From NCBI RefSeq assembly GCF_006345805.1, contig NC_042999.1, forward strand, positions 31,310,001 to 31,374,000: 64,000 nucleotides of DNA. The letters run 5' to 3'. Both the position numbers and the translations under genes were made by a program. This DNA is from Octopus sinensis. Its lineage: Eukaryota. Shown here one piece after another: positions 26,731 to 41,255 of the stretch. Below the pieces are notes generated by a model that did no database searches, was not told the origin of the DNA, and was given only the letters and a program-made list of their open reading frames with translations. Each line of letters starts with the position of its first letter. Positions within the stretch are counted from its first letter, which is position 1.

Positions 26731-27799
26731 GAGAATTCACAGCCAGTTGAAGTTTCTTTGAACAGTGAAGTATCGGTCTACCGAGAACCAGATATTAATA
26801 AGATGCGTTGAAATGAATGGATGCAAGATTTCACAGGCCAAGCATCACTTCTTCATAGTCAGACTATGAACTTATCATATCATCCTGGTGTATACGCACT
26901 TATTTCTCTCAATAAAGTAGGAGGACCTTATTCAAAGTTTTCAAAAAATATTAGATTATTCGTTTTTGACCAAGTTTTTCTGAATGATACTTTAGATTCT
27001 CGCCTGCGAATTGATGAAAGGGAGAGTAGAGTGGTGTGGCATTTGAGCTCAAAACGTAAACAGATAGAAGTCTGTTTTATATTACATCGACTCTAGTGCT
27101 GAAGTGGTACATTTTTCTTTTGACTACCGAAAGAGTCCAAGATAACTTCGGTTAACATAAGACTGGATGAAATACCGCTTAATATTTTGCACGTCACGTC
27201 AACGATTCTTGCCAACTATCTCCAACTTGCAGAGAAATTCCGAGGACGACTGGTTAGTCGAAACCATGGAACTCAAATACCAGAGGAGATGAATGGTAAA
27301 ATTGACCTCTACACGATTTGACTTCCTAATAGAATGAATGTGAACGAATACCGTTGTTTCTTTCAATGCTCTGACGATACTTCTAATCTACTAACCTAAT
27401 AATTATTACAGACATAACAACAGCAACAACAATCATTTATTTTATTTGTCACAGGGGCAATGATATTTATAGTACAATAAAGTGAGTCATTTGCGTGTAA
27501 AATTTTCAATGTTTTTCTTTTCTTTTTCTATTGATATTCTAGTATATTTTACAAATTATGATTCAATACTATACAAATGTTAAGAATACCAAAAGCATTT
27601 TATGATATTTTCACACGCAATTCAATTGATGGGAATGATCGTGTCGATAATTATCAGTATACCAATGTGTAATCTTAAGAATTCACGCATATGAAGCACA
27701 GAGGAATTTATTGCACATTTAATATGTGCAAATTTTAATATTGGCTATCATCTAAACATTGCGCACACTCACAGAGACACGTATCCACGTACAGGACAC

Positions 27800-27970
27800 A
27801 CATACATACATACATACATACATACATGCATGCATGCATGCATACATACATACATACATACATACATACATACATACATACATACATACATACATACATA
27901 CATACATACATACGTGCATGCATGCATGCATACATACATACATATATACATACATACATGCATACATACA
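27800..27970. repeat. (TACA)n microsatellite with TGCA variants
   Basis: Direct reading. Confidence 0.95.
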
Positions 27971-28054
27971 TATGTGTGTACGCTTATGTTCTACTCTTAT
28001 TTTTGTAATCATAGAATTCTATTAAACCCCAAAATATAATTGAAACTGTCGGTA

Positions 28055-28295
28055 ACATCGACAAGCGTTCCAGTTGATCCAATCAACCGCATAGTCTACT
28101 TAAGAATTTAACTTGCAAGGGGCTGAGTACTCCAGAGACACGCGTACCCTTAACTTAGTTCTCATAGTCAAGTTTTTGAATTAGAAGTACAACTTATTTT
28201 TCAAAGCTGAATGGATTGAACAAACGTGAAATAAATTGCTTTCCTCAAGGAGGGAACGCGTTGCCGGGGATCAAACATACGATCTTATGGAGTAC
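28055..28295 (-). mobile_element. Fourth SINE-like family (family D), degenerate
   Basis: On plus: GTGAAATAAATTGCTTTCCTCAAGGAGGGAACGCGTTGCCGGGGATCAAAC is the reverse complement of a B-box plus CTTGAGGAAAGCAATTTATTTCAC core-like segment; single copy in window. Confidence 0.5.
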
Positions 28296-29019
28296 CTTTA
28301 CACTCCGAAATATATTCCTATTGAAAATATTCGTTTACAATATGTCGACAGTTTAATGCTATTCAGAGTAGGTACACCTAGGCCCTGTAAATGAAGTAGG
28401 AAGGTTGGGCTTCCAACAAGGCCTTTTGCGATACCCTACATTTATACACTTAAAACCATCTTACACAAAACGATCTGGCATCTACGATAAATCTACGAAA
28501 CAAATTGAAATATAACTAGCGTTATTTGAACTCCGTATAAGAAGATATCTAGACAATCACCACATTACTATCAGTGCTGATATTAGATATTAGAGACAGG
28601 TTTTCCAGAAATAGCCACATATATCTCGTCATGTATTTGTGTTTTGAAGCTGTACAAATATAATTTCACCCACACAAACACACACACAAAGACATTTTCA
28701 ACCTGGCTAGTTGCTATAATTGAACAAGGTTGCCTTTGTGTTGTGACATTCTTGAAGGAAGATAGCTTACTTCTGATTGACACGTGGATATAATACCATT
28801 TTACAGTTGAATGGTTTGTAGTCGGAACGACACGAACCATCTGTAATAACACAACTCTAACAACTAAAACAATCACACCCATGCTATCAGGAAAATGTCA
28901 GCGAAACAGATAGACCAACATATACACCTACCATATATATATAGATACTCTTATATATGCATGCACGTATATTCACATGTATATATGCATGTCTATATAT
29001 ATATCTGTCTCTCGCTCGT

Positions 29020-29060
<41 letters not shown>

Positions 29061-29791
29061 ATCTACACACAGTTATATAACACAATAGGTACACGAGAAA
29101 ACAATCGTAAATAAATAGATATTTCTATTTTGTGTGCGCGTGACAATGCGTATAATTGTGTGGGTAGCTATATATATTGATATATGTATAAAATGTCAGT
29201 TATTTATAAAAATACAGACATAAGCATATATATTTTGTATATACACTAACACGAAGTTAGTAAAAGAAAAAAAAATGATTCTGCTTATACAATACTGCTG
29301 CTGCAGACAAACGGCAATGTTTGGGTGTGTCAGAAACGTTTGAGAGACAATTATAATATCTCGATGACTCAGCTAAACTACAGCCTTCCACTTTCAACAC
29401 AAGAATAATTATCGCATATAGTGTACACACATGAATATACAATCTGATTACGTTGTAGACAGTATGTATTAATACAAACACACAGACGCATATATATGTA
29501 TGCCAAAGTATGTGTACGTTTCTGTGTGTGTAAGACTATGTGCATGACCACGTAAGTATGGATATGTGAGCTTGCATACTTATCTACACATATAAAATGT
29601 ATATAAAATGCCTTTCCCTTAGATATTCTCATAAAAATAGAAACAAATCCAAAAAGGGGTATTCATATACGGAAATATTTAAAAATTGAGACTTATGTAT
29701 ATAAGCATACGTGTGTATTTGGGAGAGTGTGCAAATACGTATATATATATTACATATATATTATATATATACTATATATACATATGATAAC

Positions 29792-29832
<41 letters not shown>

Positions 29833-29952
29833 TGTATATATATGTATATATATGTATATAATATATATGTATATATATGTATATATATGTTATATATATA
29901 TAAATAGATATATACATATATATATATAAATAGATACATACATATATATATA

Positions 29953-30018
29953 CTTTGATAGGTTTCGGCCATTATTGGCCCAGGCCATGTCTAACTTAAT
30001 AGCACCACCTGGTGCTAT
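29953..30018 (-). mobile_element. Extreme 3' tail (about 65 bp) of the CR1/L2-like LINE
   Basis: Near-identical to 31100-31145 (TATTGGCCCAGGCCATGTCTAACTTAATAGCACCACCTGG). Confidence 0.9.
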
Positions 30019-30524
30019 AAATAATATATACATATATATAGAATATATACATATATATATACATATATATATATATATTAATATATATATATACGTATAT
30101 ATATATATACGTATATATAATATATAAATATATATATATATACGTGTATATATATATATATATATATATATAAATATATATATATATACGTGTATTATAT
30201 ATATATATAGATATATATACGTGTATATATATATATAGAGATACGGATATATATATTTATATACGTGTATATATATATATATAGTGTATATATATATATA
30301 TATAATTACGTATATATATATAGATACGTATATATATATATATTATAGACGTATAGATATATATATATATGATATACGTATATATATAATATATATATAT
30401 ACGTATATATATATATATATTTATATACGTGTATATATAATATATATACGTATATATATATATATATATATACGTATATATATATTATATATATACGTAT
30501 ATATAGATATATATATATATATAG

Positions 30525-30555
<31 letters not shown>

Positions 30556-30639
30556 CGTGTATATATATATATACGTATATATATATATTTATATACGTGT
30601 CTATATATATATATATACGTATATATATATATTATATAC

Positions 30640-30671
<32 letters not shown>

Positions 30672-31004
30672 GTATATATATTATTTATATACGTATATAT
30701 ATATATATCGTATATATATATATTATACGTATTAATATATATATACGTGTATACATATATATATATACGTATATATATATATTTATATACGTATATATAT
30801 ATATTTATATACGTGTATATATATATTTATATACGTGTATATATATATAACGTATATATATATTTATATACGTGTATTATATATATATATACGTATATAT
30901 ATATATATATACGTATATATATATATACATATATATAAATATATATATAATATATATATAAATATATGTATATATATATATATATATGTATATATATAAT
31001 ATAT

Positions 31005-31035
<31 letters not shown>

Positions 31036-31067
31036 GTGTGTGTGTATATGTATATATATATATATAT
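30019..31067. repeat. (TA)n array with interspersed TATACGT units
   Basis: Direct reading. Confidence 0.95.
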
Positions 31068-31421
31068 AACTAACTTAGAATAACTTAGAAAGGTTTTTGG
31101 CCAGTATTGGCCCAGGCCATGTCTAACTTAATAGCACCACCTGGCGAAGTCTTTCAGTTCAGGATTTGGGCACCAAGGCCCATTCGAGCAGAGAGTTATT
31201 GTTTGCGGAGACATATCCGGGTGTGGGTGGTTTGTCCGGTACTGTTTGAAGGAATTTGTCCAAAGTCTTCTTGAATTTTGTGTGGTCAGTTTCTTTTTTC
31301 ACGTGTCCTGGTGTAATGTTGAAGAGAGCGGGTCCATTGAGGTGAAATAGTTGTGCCGTATTGTCGTTATGTGATGCGATTTAGATTTTGTTGTGGACGG
31401 ATGGCACGTGGTCCAAGCCTT
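31068..31421 (-). mobile_element. CR1/L2-group LINE, 5'-truncated (ORF2 C-terminus 31159-31421 plus 3' UTR)
   Basis: NGPALFNITPGHVKKETDHTKFKKTLDKFLQTVPDKPPTPGYVSANNNSLLEWALVPKS* (G..LFN.LP...FK..LDKFL..+PD.P..PGY...NSL pattern); TAAGTT-like repeat tail; embedded in TA arrays. Confidence 0.85.
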
Positions 31422-31458
31422 GTATATATATATATATAATATATAATATAATATATTA

Positions 31459-31519
<61 letters not shown>

Positions 31520-31536
31520 ATATACATATATATACA

Positions 31537-31587
<51 letters not shown>

Positions 31588-31635
31588 TAATAATATTACA
31601 TATATATATATATAAATATAGACATATATATATAT

Positions 31636-31666
<31 letters not shown>

Positions 31667-31673
31667 TACATAT

Positions 31674-31723
<50 letters not shown>

Positions 31724-31759
31724 CTATATATATTATATACATATATATAATTATATACA

Positions 31760-31815
<56 letters not shown>

Positions 31816-31908
31816 CATATATATATACATATATATATAATATATATATACATATATTATATAATATATATACATTATATATACATATATATATATATAT
31901 ATACATTA

Positions 31909-31944
<36 letters not shown>

Positions 31945-32151
31945 CATAATATATACATATATAATATATATATAGATATATATATATATATACATATATA
32001 TATACATATATATATATATATAACATATATATATATATATATATATACATATAATATACATATATATATGTATATACATATATATATGTATATATACATA
32101 TAGTATACATATAATATATACATATACATATATATTTATACATATATATAC

Positions 32152-32183
<32 letters not shown>

Positions 32184-32498
32184 TATATAATATAATATAT
32201 GTATATACATATATATACATATATATATGTATATACATATATATCATATTATATATAACATATACATATATATTATATCATAATATACATATATATTATA
32301 TATACATATACCACATATATATATATATATATATACATATATATATGTAATAATATATGTATATATATATAGATGCAATTATATATAATATGTTAATATA
32401 TATATATAATATGCATATATATATATATAGGTATATATATATATATATTGCATATATATATATATATATGCATATATATATATATAATGCATATATAT

Positions 32499-32535
<37 letters not shown>

Positions 32536-32589
32536 TTATATATGCATATATATATATATATATGCATATATATATATATATAGCATATA

Positions 32590-32624
<35 letters not shown>

Positions 32625-32651
32625 CATTATATATTACATATATATATATAC

Positions 32652-32718
<67 letters not shown>

Positions 32719-32719
32719 C

Positions 32720-32764
<45 letters not shown>

Positions 32765-32767
32765 TAT

Positions 32768-32797
<30 letters not shown>
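31422..32797. repeat. About 1.4-kb (TA)n array with TACA variants
   Basis: Direct reading. Confidence 0.95.
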
Positions 32798-32800
<3 letters not shown>

Positions 32801-32824
32801 CAGAATCCCCCACCCAAAAATAAA

Positions 32825-32945
32825 AAAACTGACGAAGACAGGTGGTGTAAACAGCAAACCGATGTATTAGATTACAGCCGGGAAGTAAAAATTTCTTTAA
32901 CGTTTGAGCCCACACTTTCAACAGAAAGAACACAGAAAGAAATAG
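32825..32945. repeat. Dispersed repeat, second copy at 58335-58470; possibly a Penelope-like terminal repeat
   Basis: GACGAAGAC.GGTG...AAC...GTATTA...GGGAA...TCTTT.ACGTTT..AGCC shared by both loci; PLE origin is inference only. Confidence 0.5.
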
Positions 32946-32966
32946 GAAAAAAAATTATTATATATC

Positions 32967-33000
<34 letters not shown>

Positions 33001-33185
33001 GTAATTATGATAATAACAACTATTTTTATATTATGTAATTTGTGCTTACATATATTATTTATATATATATATATATCTATATATATATTAATATATATAT
33101 ATGTGTGTATTATGATTAATAACAACTATTTTATATATTATTTGTTATTTGTGCATTTACATGTATATCTTTACTATATATATAT

Positions 33186-33229
<44 letters not shown>

Positions 33230-35144
33230 CATTTATGTATATATATTATATCTATGTATATATTATATATAATATTTATATCTATATATCAATTACATAT
33301 GATATATTATCTATTATAATATATTATCCTAATAAATGTGATGCGCACTAGACAACTATTTCTATTCGCCCTTTATTACACTATTTTTTATTATTTGTTT
33401 CTGTTTTTCTTCTCCTCCCCATTTCACCGTTGTGTTTCTCTTCCTCCCTCTTCCTCACACATCTTCCTTGACTCTCTCGTTGCTCACACGTGGGCAGTGG
33501 CTATCGTTGTTTCTTACTCTTGCTTTACAAGAGACAAGACCAACTTTTACCTGTCTCCTGTAATAGAGCCTTTCTCCAGCGTTCATAACTTTAACTCGTT
33601 ATGGCTCAGCAGCACTTGACGTCTGTTTTCACTGTTTTGTTTTTGTTACCACATTAACCCTCCGAGTCACATATGTATTTATATGTATTTATTGACGTGT
33701 TTCATTTCTTCATTTCCCTGAAGAGAAGATTACATTGTTTTACACCATTTCATTCCTATGGAATAGTACTAGTGATATCTTCTAAACATATGTCAGAAGT
33801 AAAATAACTTGAATAACACCTGCGTTTAGCTCAGTTTATATATATATATAGTTATATATATATATATGTATCTATATATTTAAAAATCTGTGTATATATA
33901 TATGTGTATATATATATATATATATATAGAAATATATACATATATCTATCTCTCTATATATATATATATATATATATCGATATACATACATATATATATA
34001 CATAATATACACATACATACATATAATATATATATTATATATAATATATATATATATATATTACACACACGCACACACACGTATATATATATATATAATA
34101 TATATATAATATATATATATATATTTATATATTTATATTGTTGGTGGGTCTGTAACTGTATAGAAACATGCCTGACTTTATGTGTGTACAGTTCATCTTC
34201 TCTTTCTAGTATTCGTAGCTCCCACATAGTGTCAATCTACCCTCATTTGCTTCGTTAGTGCGGTTAAGTCGTTGAGTTATAAGCGGAGACATGAGATAAA
34301 ATATGTCTGTCTGCTCTCACTGACAGAAGCATTTCTTCTTCGCTTCCATTGTGACGTAACTACTTACATATACTTATGTAAAATAACTTACGTACAGGCG
34401 TAGTTCTTGACTAAATCCCTCGTAGCCTAATAATTGTACCATTCTTCTCTATACATAATCACATATACACACACTTCAACACACTCTACACATCACCACT
34501 GCTGGCTTCTGCCCATGAAAACGAAGCGGCAGCAGTGACACACATACAATATACACTTGTACACACATGCATGCCGTTTTGTAAGTATTTAGACTGCCAT
34601 ATAATTATATTTTCTCCTTTACTTAGTAGTTGCTTGCTACAGGGGATAACCAGCTGAATTTGTGAATGTTCTAACCTCAATTTACTTAACATTTTAGTCT
34701 ACAAATGGATAATGTTCGGCAGACTACTAACTAAGAATTTTTTTAATACTATGCGAATGTCAATATGGCCTGATTCGTTGAAACGAGTGCAGCAAGTACA
34801 GAATTTTCGTTTGCTTACTGTATAAACATTCAATAAATGAGACAGTAAAGAAAGAAAGAAAAATAAACAAGAGATTGGGAAGAGTACACACAGATGCACA
34901 CTTACACACACGCTATATATATATATATATATATATAGTGAAAATGTGCCTCTATATAAATTTGTACGAACGACTGCTTGTGTGTAGTGTGTGTATGTGA
35001 GTTTCTCTATCGTTGAGTGGATGAAGATTATTGTTGCAACATTCTCAATGGTCTGGCATGTTCTGGCTTTTCCCCAATCTGTATATTATCTTCCCTTCTC
35101 TTTGTATCTCTCTGTATGTATGATATATATATATATATATATAT

Positions 35145-35238
<94 letters not shown>

Positions 35239-36599
35239 AATGTTGTGTATATGTATCTGTGTTTATAGTGAATCTTACTAGTGAATCGAGAAATTTCTGT
35301 TTAGTTCTCAGTCAGCAGATATAATACCCATTCACAGAAATGTGTAACTTGATAAACCAAACTTTTCTCAATGCACTCTTTACGCTTTTGCAAACACACT
35401 CCCATATTCTAATATGGATACCAGGTGTACATATAGACACATACACGACTAAAATATACTCTCATGTTATCCTTCTGTATACGCTGATATACAACTAATG
35501 TCATATTTCTCACCGGGTCACACATTGTTTTGTTAATGGCTAGGCTTAACTATTCTTTCGGTTATTATTCACGATACTTATGTAGATAGGTGAAAGTTAT
35601 TTACAACAAATTCAGAAAGAGGGTTTGGTTAAGTTCGTTTGAATATATTTAATGCAGGGAATGAAAATTATTTTTATAAAATGAGATGAAAATATTCAGT
35701 CATTACTTTACTTAAATTATTTAGGCTAGATCAAAAGAACTATTATTAACAAAACTTGTTTTGATAGTGTTAGAATTCATGGATTACAATTAATTGCACA
35801 ATTAGTTACATCATAATTATTGTTACAATTATGCACGTTTATTATTTAGTTCAGTTGTTCTGAAGTGTTTGAGAACAAGTGTTTGGAGTAATTGGACGTG
35901 CTCCCTATTTCATTGCAGGTATTGGCTCTGATTTCCTAAGACAATACTCTCACGAATTTCAGACTTCATACTCAACACTATAAAATTGAATTCTTGTATT
36001 GTCATATGAAAAAAAAGCTTGTATAACTAAAATAATACTGCAGTTTATATCAAATTCCTAATATCTGACTAGTAAGCATTTTCAAAGTTGAGTAAATGGA
36101 AAGAATATTCGCATATTACCGAATTAGAGCAGAAAATATGCATCATGAAAAAAAATTATTCAATATTTCACTAACCTTACGACTGCCTACATTCAAGTTA
36201 TATTCTGTGAATTGTCAAAAAAATAAGCTCATCCGTATTGCATTAGAGTCTTACATTAACCAGTAAAGGTGACATTTCCTAAGCAGATGTGAATTTTTTT
36301 TTATGGTTTCAAGCTGTAGGTACTTACTTCGAACTTCGTTGCTAAATTATTTGACAGACGCCATTTAATGCATTCTTCAACAGTATTAACTGCATATTCC
36401 ATTAATTTCCATCTTAAGAATTCTATCAGTTTCAAAATATGATGTTATTTTCTACGGCACACAAGAGGCTACAGAATTATAAATATAATGAAATCACCGA
36501 TTCATCACATGAATATTTATTTATAGGGAGAATGTGAAATAAAATGTGACAGAACGAGTCGGTTCACTTGGCGGGTTCTGTCGGCTTCTTGTTATGCAC

Positions 36600-37025
36600 C
36601 AACTAGTATGGCCCTTTCCCTAGTACCATACGGCAAACGGTCAAATCTGCTTCAGGATGAAAAGTGTTGCCTGAATTTCTTGTAGGATGAATAATTTTTC
36701 CTTGCCCCAAATTTTAATGCCACTTGGTGTTGGCAAGAGCTTATCGACAGCACGAAGGTGGAAGTACATATGTATGTATGTATGTATGGATGTATGTGCA
36801 TGTGGAAGAGAGTGTAACTCGGCAGGAGGACTTAAACCACATGCAAAGGTACAAGAAGCCAAGTTACAATTACAGCCGGCTATTACCGGTAAAGGTTTTA
36901 GTTGCCAATTCTGTACAAGACAGTGTAGACTTTAGCTGGGCTAAAAAGTCACATTCGATCACAGCACCACTAATAGTTAAGCTTCGTGCAATGGCCATAC
37001 TTGATAACGAGGAGGCAGCCATAAT
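36600..37025 (+). mobile_element. RTE-like LINE 3' end, degenerate
   Basis: Two C-terminal Cys/His motifs, ACGRECNSAGGLKPHAK and FSCQFCTRQCRL*LG / KSHIRSQH* (C..C.R.C.S..GL.SH.R.H type), short 3' UTR ending in a (TATG)n-like tail; 5' boundary uncertain. Confidence 0.65.
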
Positions 37026-37339
37026 GTATGTATATATGTATGTATGTATCGATGAGTGTGGGTACATGCAGAGATAAACATTTGTGTGCGTATATGTGTG
37101 TTCGTGACCCTTAATGCAGAAGCAGTCGAATTATGTTATTTATGAAAACAATCTTTTCCTGTGAGATCCCCAAAAGCTAAATATAGCTCACGTAATAGAT
37201 AGCGTCTGTCATTTGCATTGGTAGCCGGCATGACCTCTGTTATTACATCAGTAGCAGATGTGACACAGTAACACATCTGCATTACATTTAGTGTTATTCA
37301 CTCTACGGTTCAGAATTTAATCGTCTATCCTTTTATCGT

Positions 37340-38035
37340 TTATATGTTTCAGTCAGTGGACAATACAGTGATGGGGTTAGTCATACAACGTGATTCCAGT
37401 ATTTGTTTTTAAGTGTGGTACTACTCTATCGGTCAAATTTGCAGAACCACTGATGTATCGGAAAGTAAGCAAACCACTACAGGTTCTCAAGCGGCGAGAC
37501 AAACTCTCTCTCTCTCTCTCCCTCCCCCCATATATATATATATGTGTGTGTGTGTGTGGAGGCGCAATGACCCAGTGGGAAGGGCAGCAAATCGTGGTGG
37601 TAGGATCATGGTTTAGATTCCCAGACCGAGTGTTGTGAGTGTTTATTGAGCGAAAACACCTAAAAGCTCCACGAGGCTCCGGCAGGAGGTGGTGATCCCT
37701 GCTGATCTCTTTCACCACTCTTTCTCTCACTCTTTCTTCTGTTGGCCTGCTCGCTTAGCCAGTGGGGTGGCGTCATTCGAAGGCTAAAACAATGCCAACG
37801 CATTGTGACCAGCGATGTGTAGCAACATCTGATGGTGTGGTCGGTCACGTGATCACATGATATATATATATATATATATATGTGTAGTATGACAGGCTTC
37901 TTTCAGTTTCTACGAAATTCACTCACAGGGTTTTGGTCGACCCGAAGCTTTAGTAGAAGACACAAGATGCAACATATTTGGACCATACCTGGAACTATTT
38001 GGTTGTGAAGCAAGCTTTCTCCACACTGCCACGTT
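37340..38035 (-). mobile_element. Old SINE family A copy split by a family C insertion (3' module 37340-37505, 5' module 37880-38035)
   Basis: Both modules align to family A in correct order and strand on either side of the insertion. Confidence 0.7.
37558..37862 (+). mobile_element. tRNA-derived SINE family C, full length
   Basis: GGAGGCGCAATGACCCAGTGG (A box) ... GGTTTAGATTCCC (B box) ... GTGAGTGTTTATTGAGCGAAAACACCTAAAAGCTCCACGAGG ... tail TGTGACCAGCGATGTGTAGCAACATCTGATGG; second copy at 54488. Confidence 0.85.
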
Positions 38036-38799
38036 CTGTTGTGAATTCAATATTATATGTGGGTTTTCGAAATGCTAATATCACCCATTCAAATTGAAAT
38101 TATCCGGAAATTTCGAAGGGTTAGAGAGTAATTTCAGGCCGATCTGGCTGCTATGTGTCCCGTGTTAAGCCACAACGTAACGGCTTCCTCGTTGGTATTG
38201 ACAGACAGAGGCGGGAAGAAAGGGGCTCGGACAGACTACACACAAAGTGAGAAACACAAATTGAAAAACGGCCAGTTCAACAGATAAATAGATATATAGA
38301 TAGATAGATAGATAGATAGAGCGAAACAGGGAGAGAGAGAGAGAGAAAGAGAGAGGGTGACAGACATACAGAGAGTAAAGGGAGAGATTTACGATAAATG
38401 TATTACTGAGTAATCTCTGTCGTGTTTATTACACTGTGCATTTAAGAAACGGGCATTTCTAAAAATATAATAGCTTCTAGATTAGAAGATAAAATAAACT
38501 GAAGGTAATTACTATAGTGGAATAATAATATCGGAGAGAAGAAAGAAGCGAAGAAATGAAAGCGAAATCGAGAAAAGATGAGACGATAAAACGAAGCAAA
38601 GAAAATGACAATGGAGAGATTTAAAAAAAGAAACAGTTGCAACATTGGAAGACAGTGATTTCAGCTGCTTCTGTTTCCCGTCACAAGTGTATGTTAATTG
38701 ATAACAACGAAGATAATAGTAATTCATCTATAATTACAAACATATATGCATATAATGCAAATATATGGATTATATGTATGAGTGCTTGGGCGTAATTAT

Positions 38800-38846
<47 letters not shown>

Positions 38847-38914
38847 ATAACAATTTAATAAATAAAACATATGCATACGTACATACATATATGTACATAC
38901 CTACATCTATATGT

Positions 38915-38953
<39 letters not shown>

Positions 38954-39128
38954 CTATATATATATATATATGCATATATGAGTACAGGACACCACAAATA
39001 AACGAGAAACGAAAACATATAATCAAACAAGGAAACCGACATGTTTTTAACAACGAAAAAACAGAGTACAGGACAAACAATACAAGAAATATTACCCTTT
39101 ATCAGCTGCCTCTGTTTCGACTCAATGC

Positions 39129-39168
<40 letters not shown>

Positions 39169-39210
39169 TATATTATATATATATATATATATAATATATA
39201 TATATATATA

Positions 39211-39257
<47 letters not shown>

Positions 39258-39649
39258 GGGATAGATAGAGGGGAGACAGAGATGTGTATGTGTATATATG
39301 TATGCTTCTGACTGTCTGTGAACAAGTATATATATTTTTGTGTGACAATGCGTGGAAGTGTATGTGACGATAAGTATAAATTGTAAGCAAGTGTTTCTGA
39401 CAAAACAGACCTGGTCTCCGTTTACTCTGCTTCTTCAGCATTTCAATGAATGCAGTATTGTGTATGCGCCGAAGTGGAGAAATATTTAGATAACTGTGTA
39501 TTAAGGGATGTTCACATTTACAAAATCATTCTCCAGCACAACATGAAATCAAATAAATACATACACATATTCATATACTCATAGTCGTAAATAACTTATA
39601 AGCATATACTTACGATATATGAATGACTGTCCAGCTAACAAGTTGCAAT

Positions 39650-39689
<40 letters not shown>

Positions 39690-39734
39690 TGTGTGTGTGT
39701 GTGTGTGGTGTGTGTGTGTGTGTGTGTGTGTATT

Positions 39735-39935
39735 TAGGCGCAGGTGTAGTAAGAAACTTGCTTCCAATCAACATGGATCCGGAATCAATCCCATTACATG
39801 GCACCTTGGGTGGGAAAGTGTCTTCCACTAGAGTCTAAGGCCAGCAAAGCCTTGTGAGTGGATTTGGTAAACGGAAACTGAAAGAAGCTCCTCGTATGTA
39901 TGTCTATGTGCCTGTGTTTGTCCCCACCACCATTC
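39735..39935 (+). mobile_element. SINE family A, 5' module plus start of 3' module
   Basis: TAGGCGCAGG..GTAAGAAACTTGCTT..GGCACCTTGGG..AAGTGTCTT..AAAGCCTTGTGAGTGGATTTGGTAAACGGAAACTGAAAGAAGC. Confidence 0.85.
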
Positions 39936-40884
39936 TGTTTCTGAGCAAAATACTTCTTTTTATTTTCTTCCAGTACAATCAGCTGGCAAAAATGAGTAAT
40001 CATTCGACAGTGTGGCATCCGTCCAGGTGTGGGATATATATATACTCCATGGAATTCGGGAAGCCGACTCTATGATTCTATATGAATCAAGAGGAAATTT
40101 ACTGATTTATATCAGATTGAAACAGGCTGAATTTTCTTGACTGTTTGGATAGGTCTCATGACACGTTTCACTCAACATGTCATAACTTTGTATAAATTGA
40201 ATTGTGTCCAATCATTGCTGTGATTTTTGATTCAATAATCCAAACATATTTTCATAAATACATTCATACATATATAAATGAATACATACACACATACATA
40301 CAATATATGTTTATATATATATATGACACACATACATACGTGTGTGTTTTTGTGTATGTGAGTATTAACCCCGTCGTGCATACATCTCTCCATCAGTCTA
40401 CCTTTATTTCACATACTACAAGAAACAAACCATGTTTGGTATGGCAAGACGTGCATATTAAAGAAGAAGATAGAAAGCACCATATGAAAGGTAGTAAATA
40501 TATTCTGTATATCCTTTCATTTGTCTAAATCATTGGACTGAGGCCATGGGAGTATCACGCCTCGAAGGGGTTGGTTTAGTCGAAGAATCAACTACAGAAC
40601 TTATTTTATTAAAGCCTGGGCCTCAAAATATTACAGGGATATAAGCAGGCCAACAATCGTTGTTGAACAGTGATTGCAGCATCGCGTTAACTCTAACAAT
40701 ATTCAAATGAGAGGCATACGATTTGGGAACATGTCATTACGATATTAACAGTGAGCAAGTGCATCGGCCACAATGCATCTATGTTATTGATAGCGAATTT
40801 TGATTAATTTGAATCAACACCGGTTGTCAAGTGGACGCGTATGGCAATCACAAACACGTGCATAAAAATACGAGCACATTATAT

Positions 40885-41255
40885 CTTTTACTTGTTTCAG
40901 TCATTTGGAGCACTGCCTTTAGTCGAGCAAATCGAACCTGGACTTATTCTTTCTAAGCCTAGTACTTATTCTATTTTGCCTAACCAGTAAGTGATGGGGA
41001 CGTAAACACACCAGCATCTGTTGTAAAGCGATGTTGGGGGGATAAACACAAACTTACAAACACACACATATATATACACATATACATATATACGACAGGC
41101 TTCTTTCACTTTCCGTCTACCAAATCCACTCACAACGCTCTGGTTGGCCCAAGGCTATAATAGAAGACACTTGCCCAAGATGCCATGCAGTGGGACTGAA
41201 CCCCGAACCATGTGGTTGGTAAGCAAGCTACTTACCACATAGCCACTCCTGCACC

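Noticed and set aside
32895-32930. Hammerhead-ribozyme-like motif in the dispersed repeat (also 58416-58445), as known for Penelope-like terminal repeats
   Set aside because: Neither copy has an intact CUGANGA plus stem II plus GAAA core, so no ribozyme can be claimed
37558-37640. tRNA gene calls for SINE heads (also 41450-41533, 53133-53200, 54488-54560)
   Set aside because: A/B boxes are present but they continue into SINE bodies and do not form a complete cloverleaf
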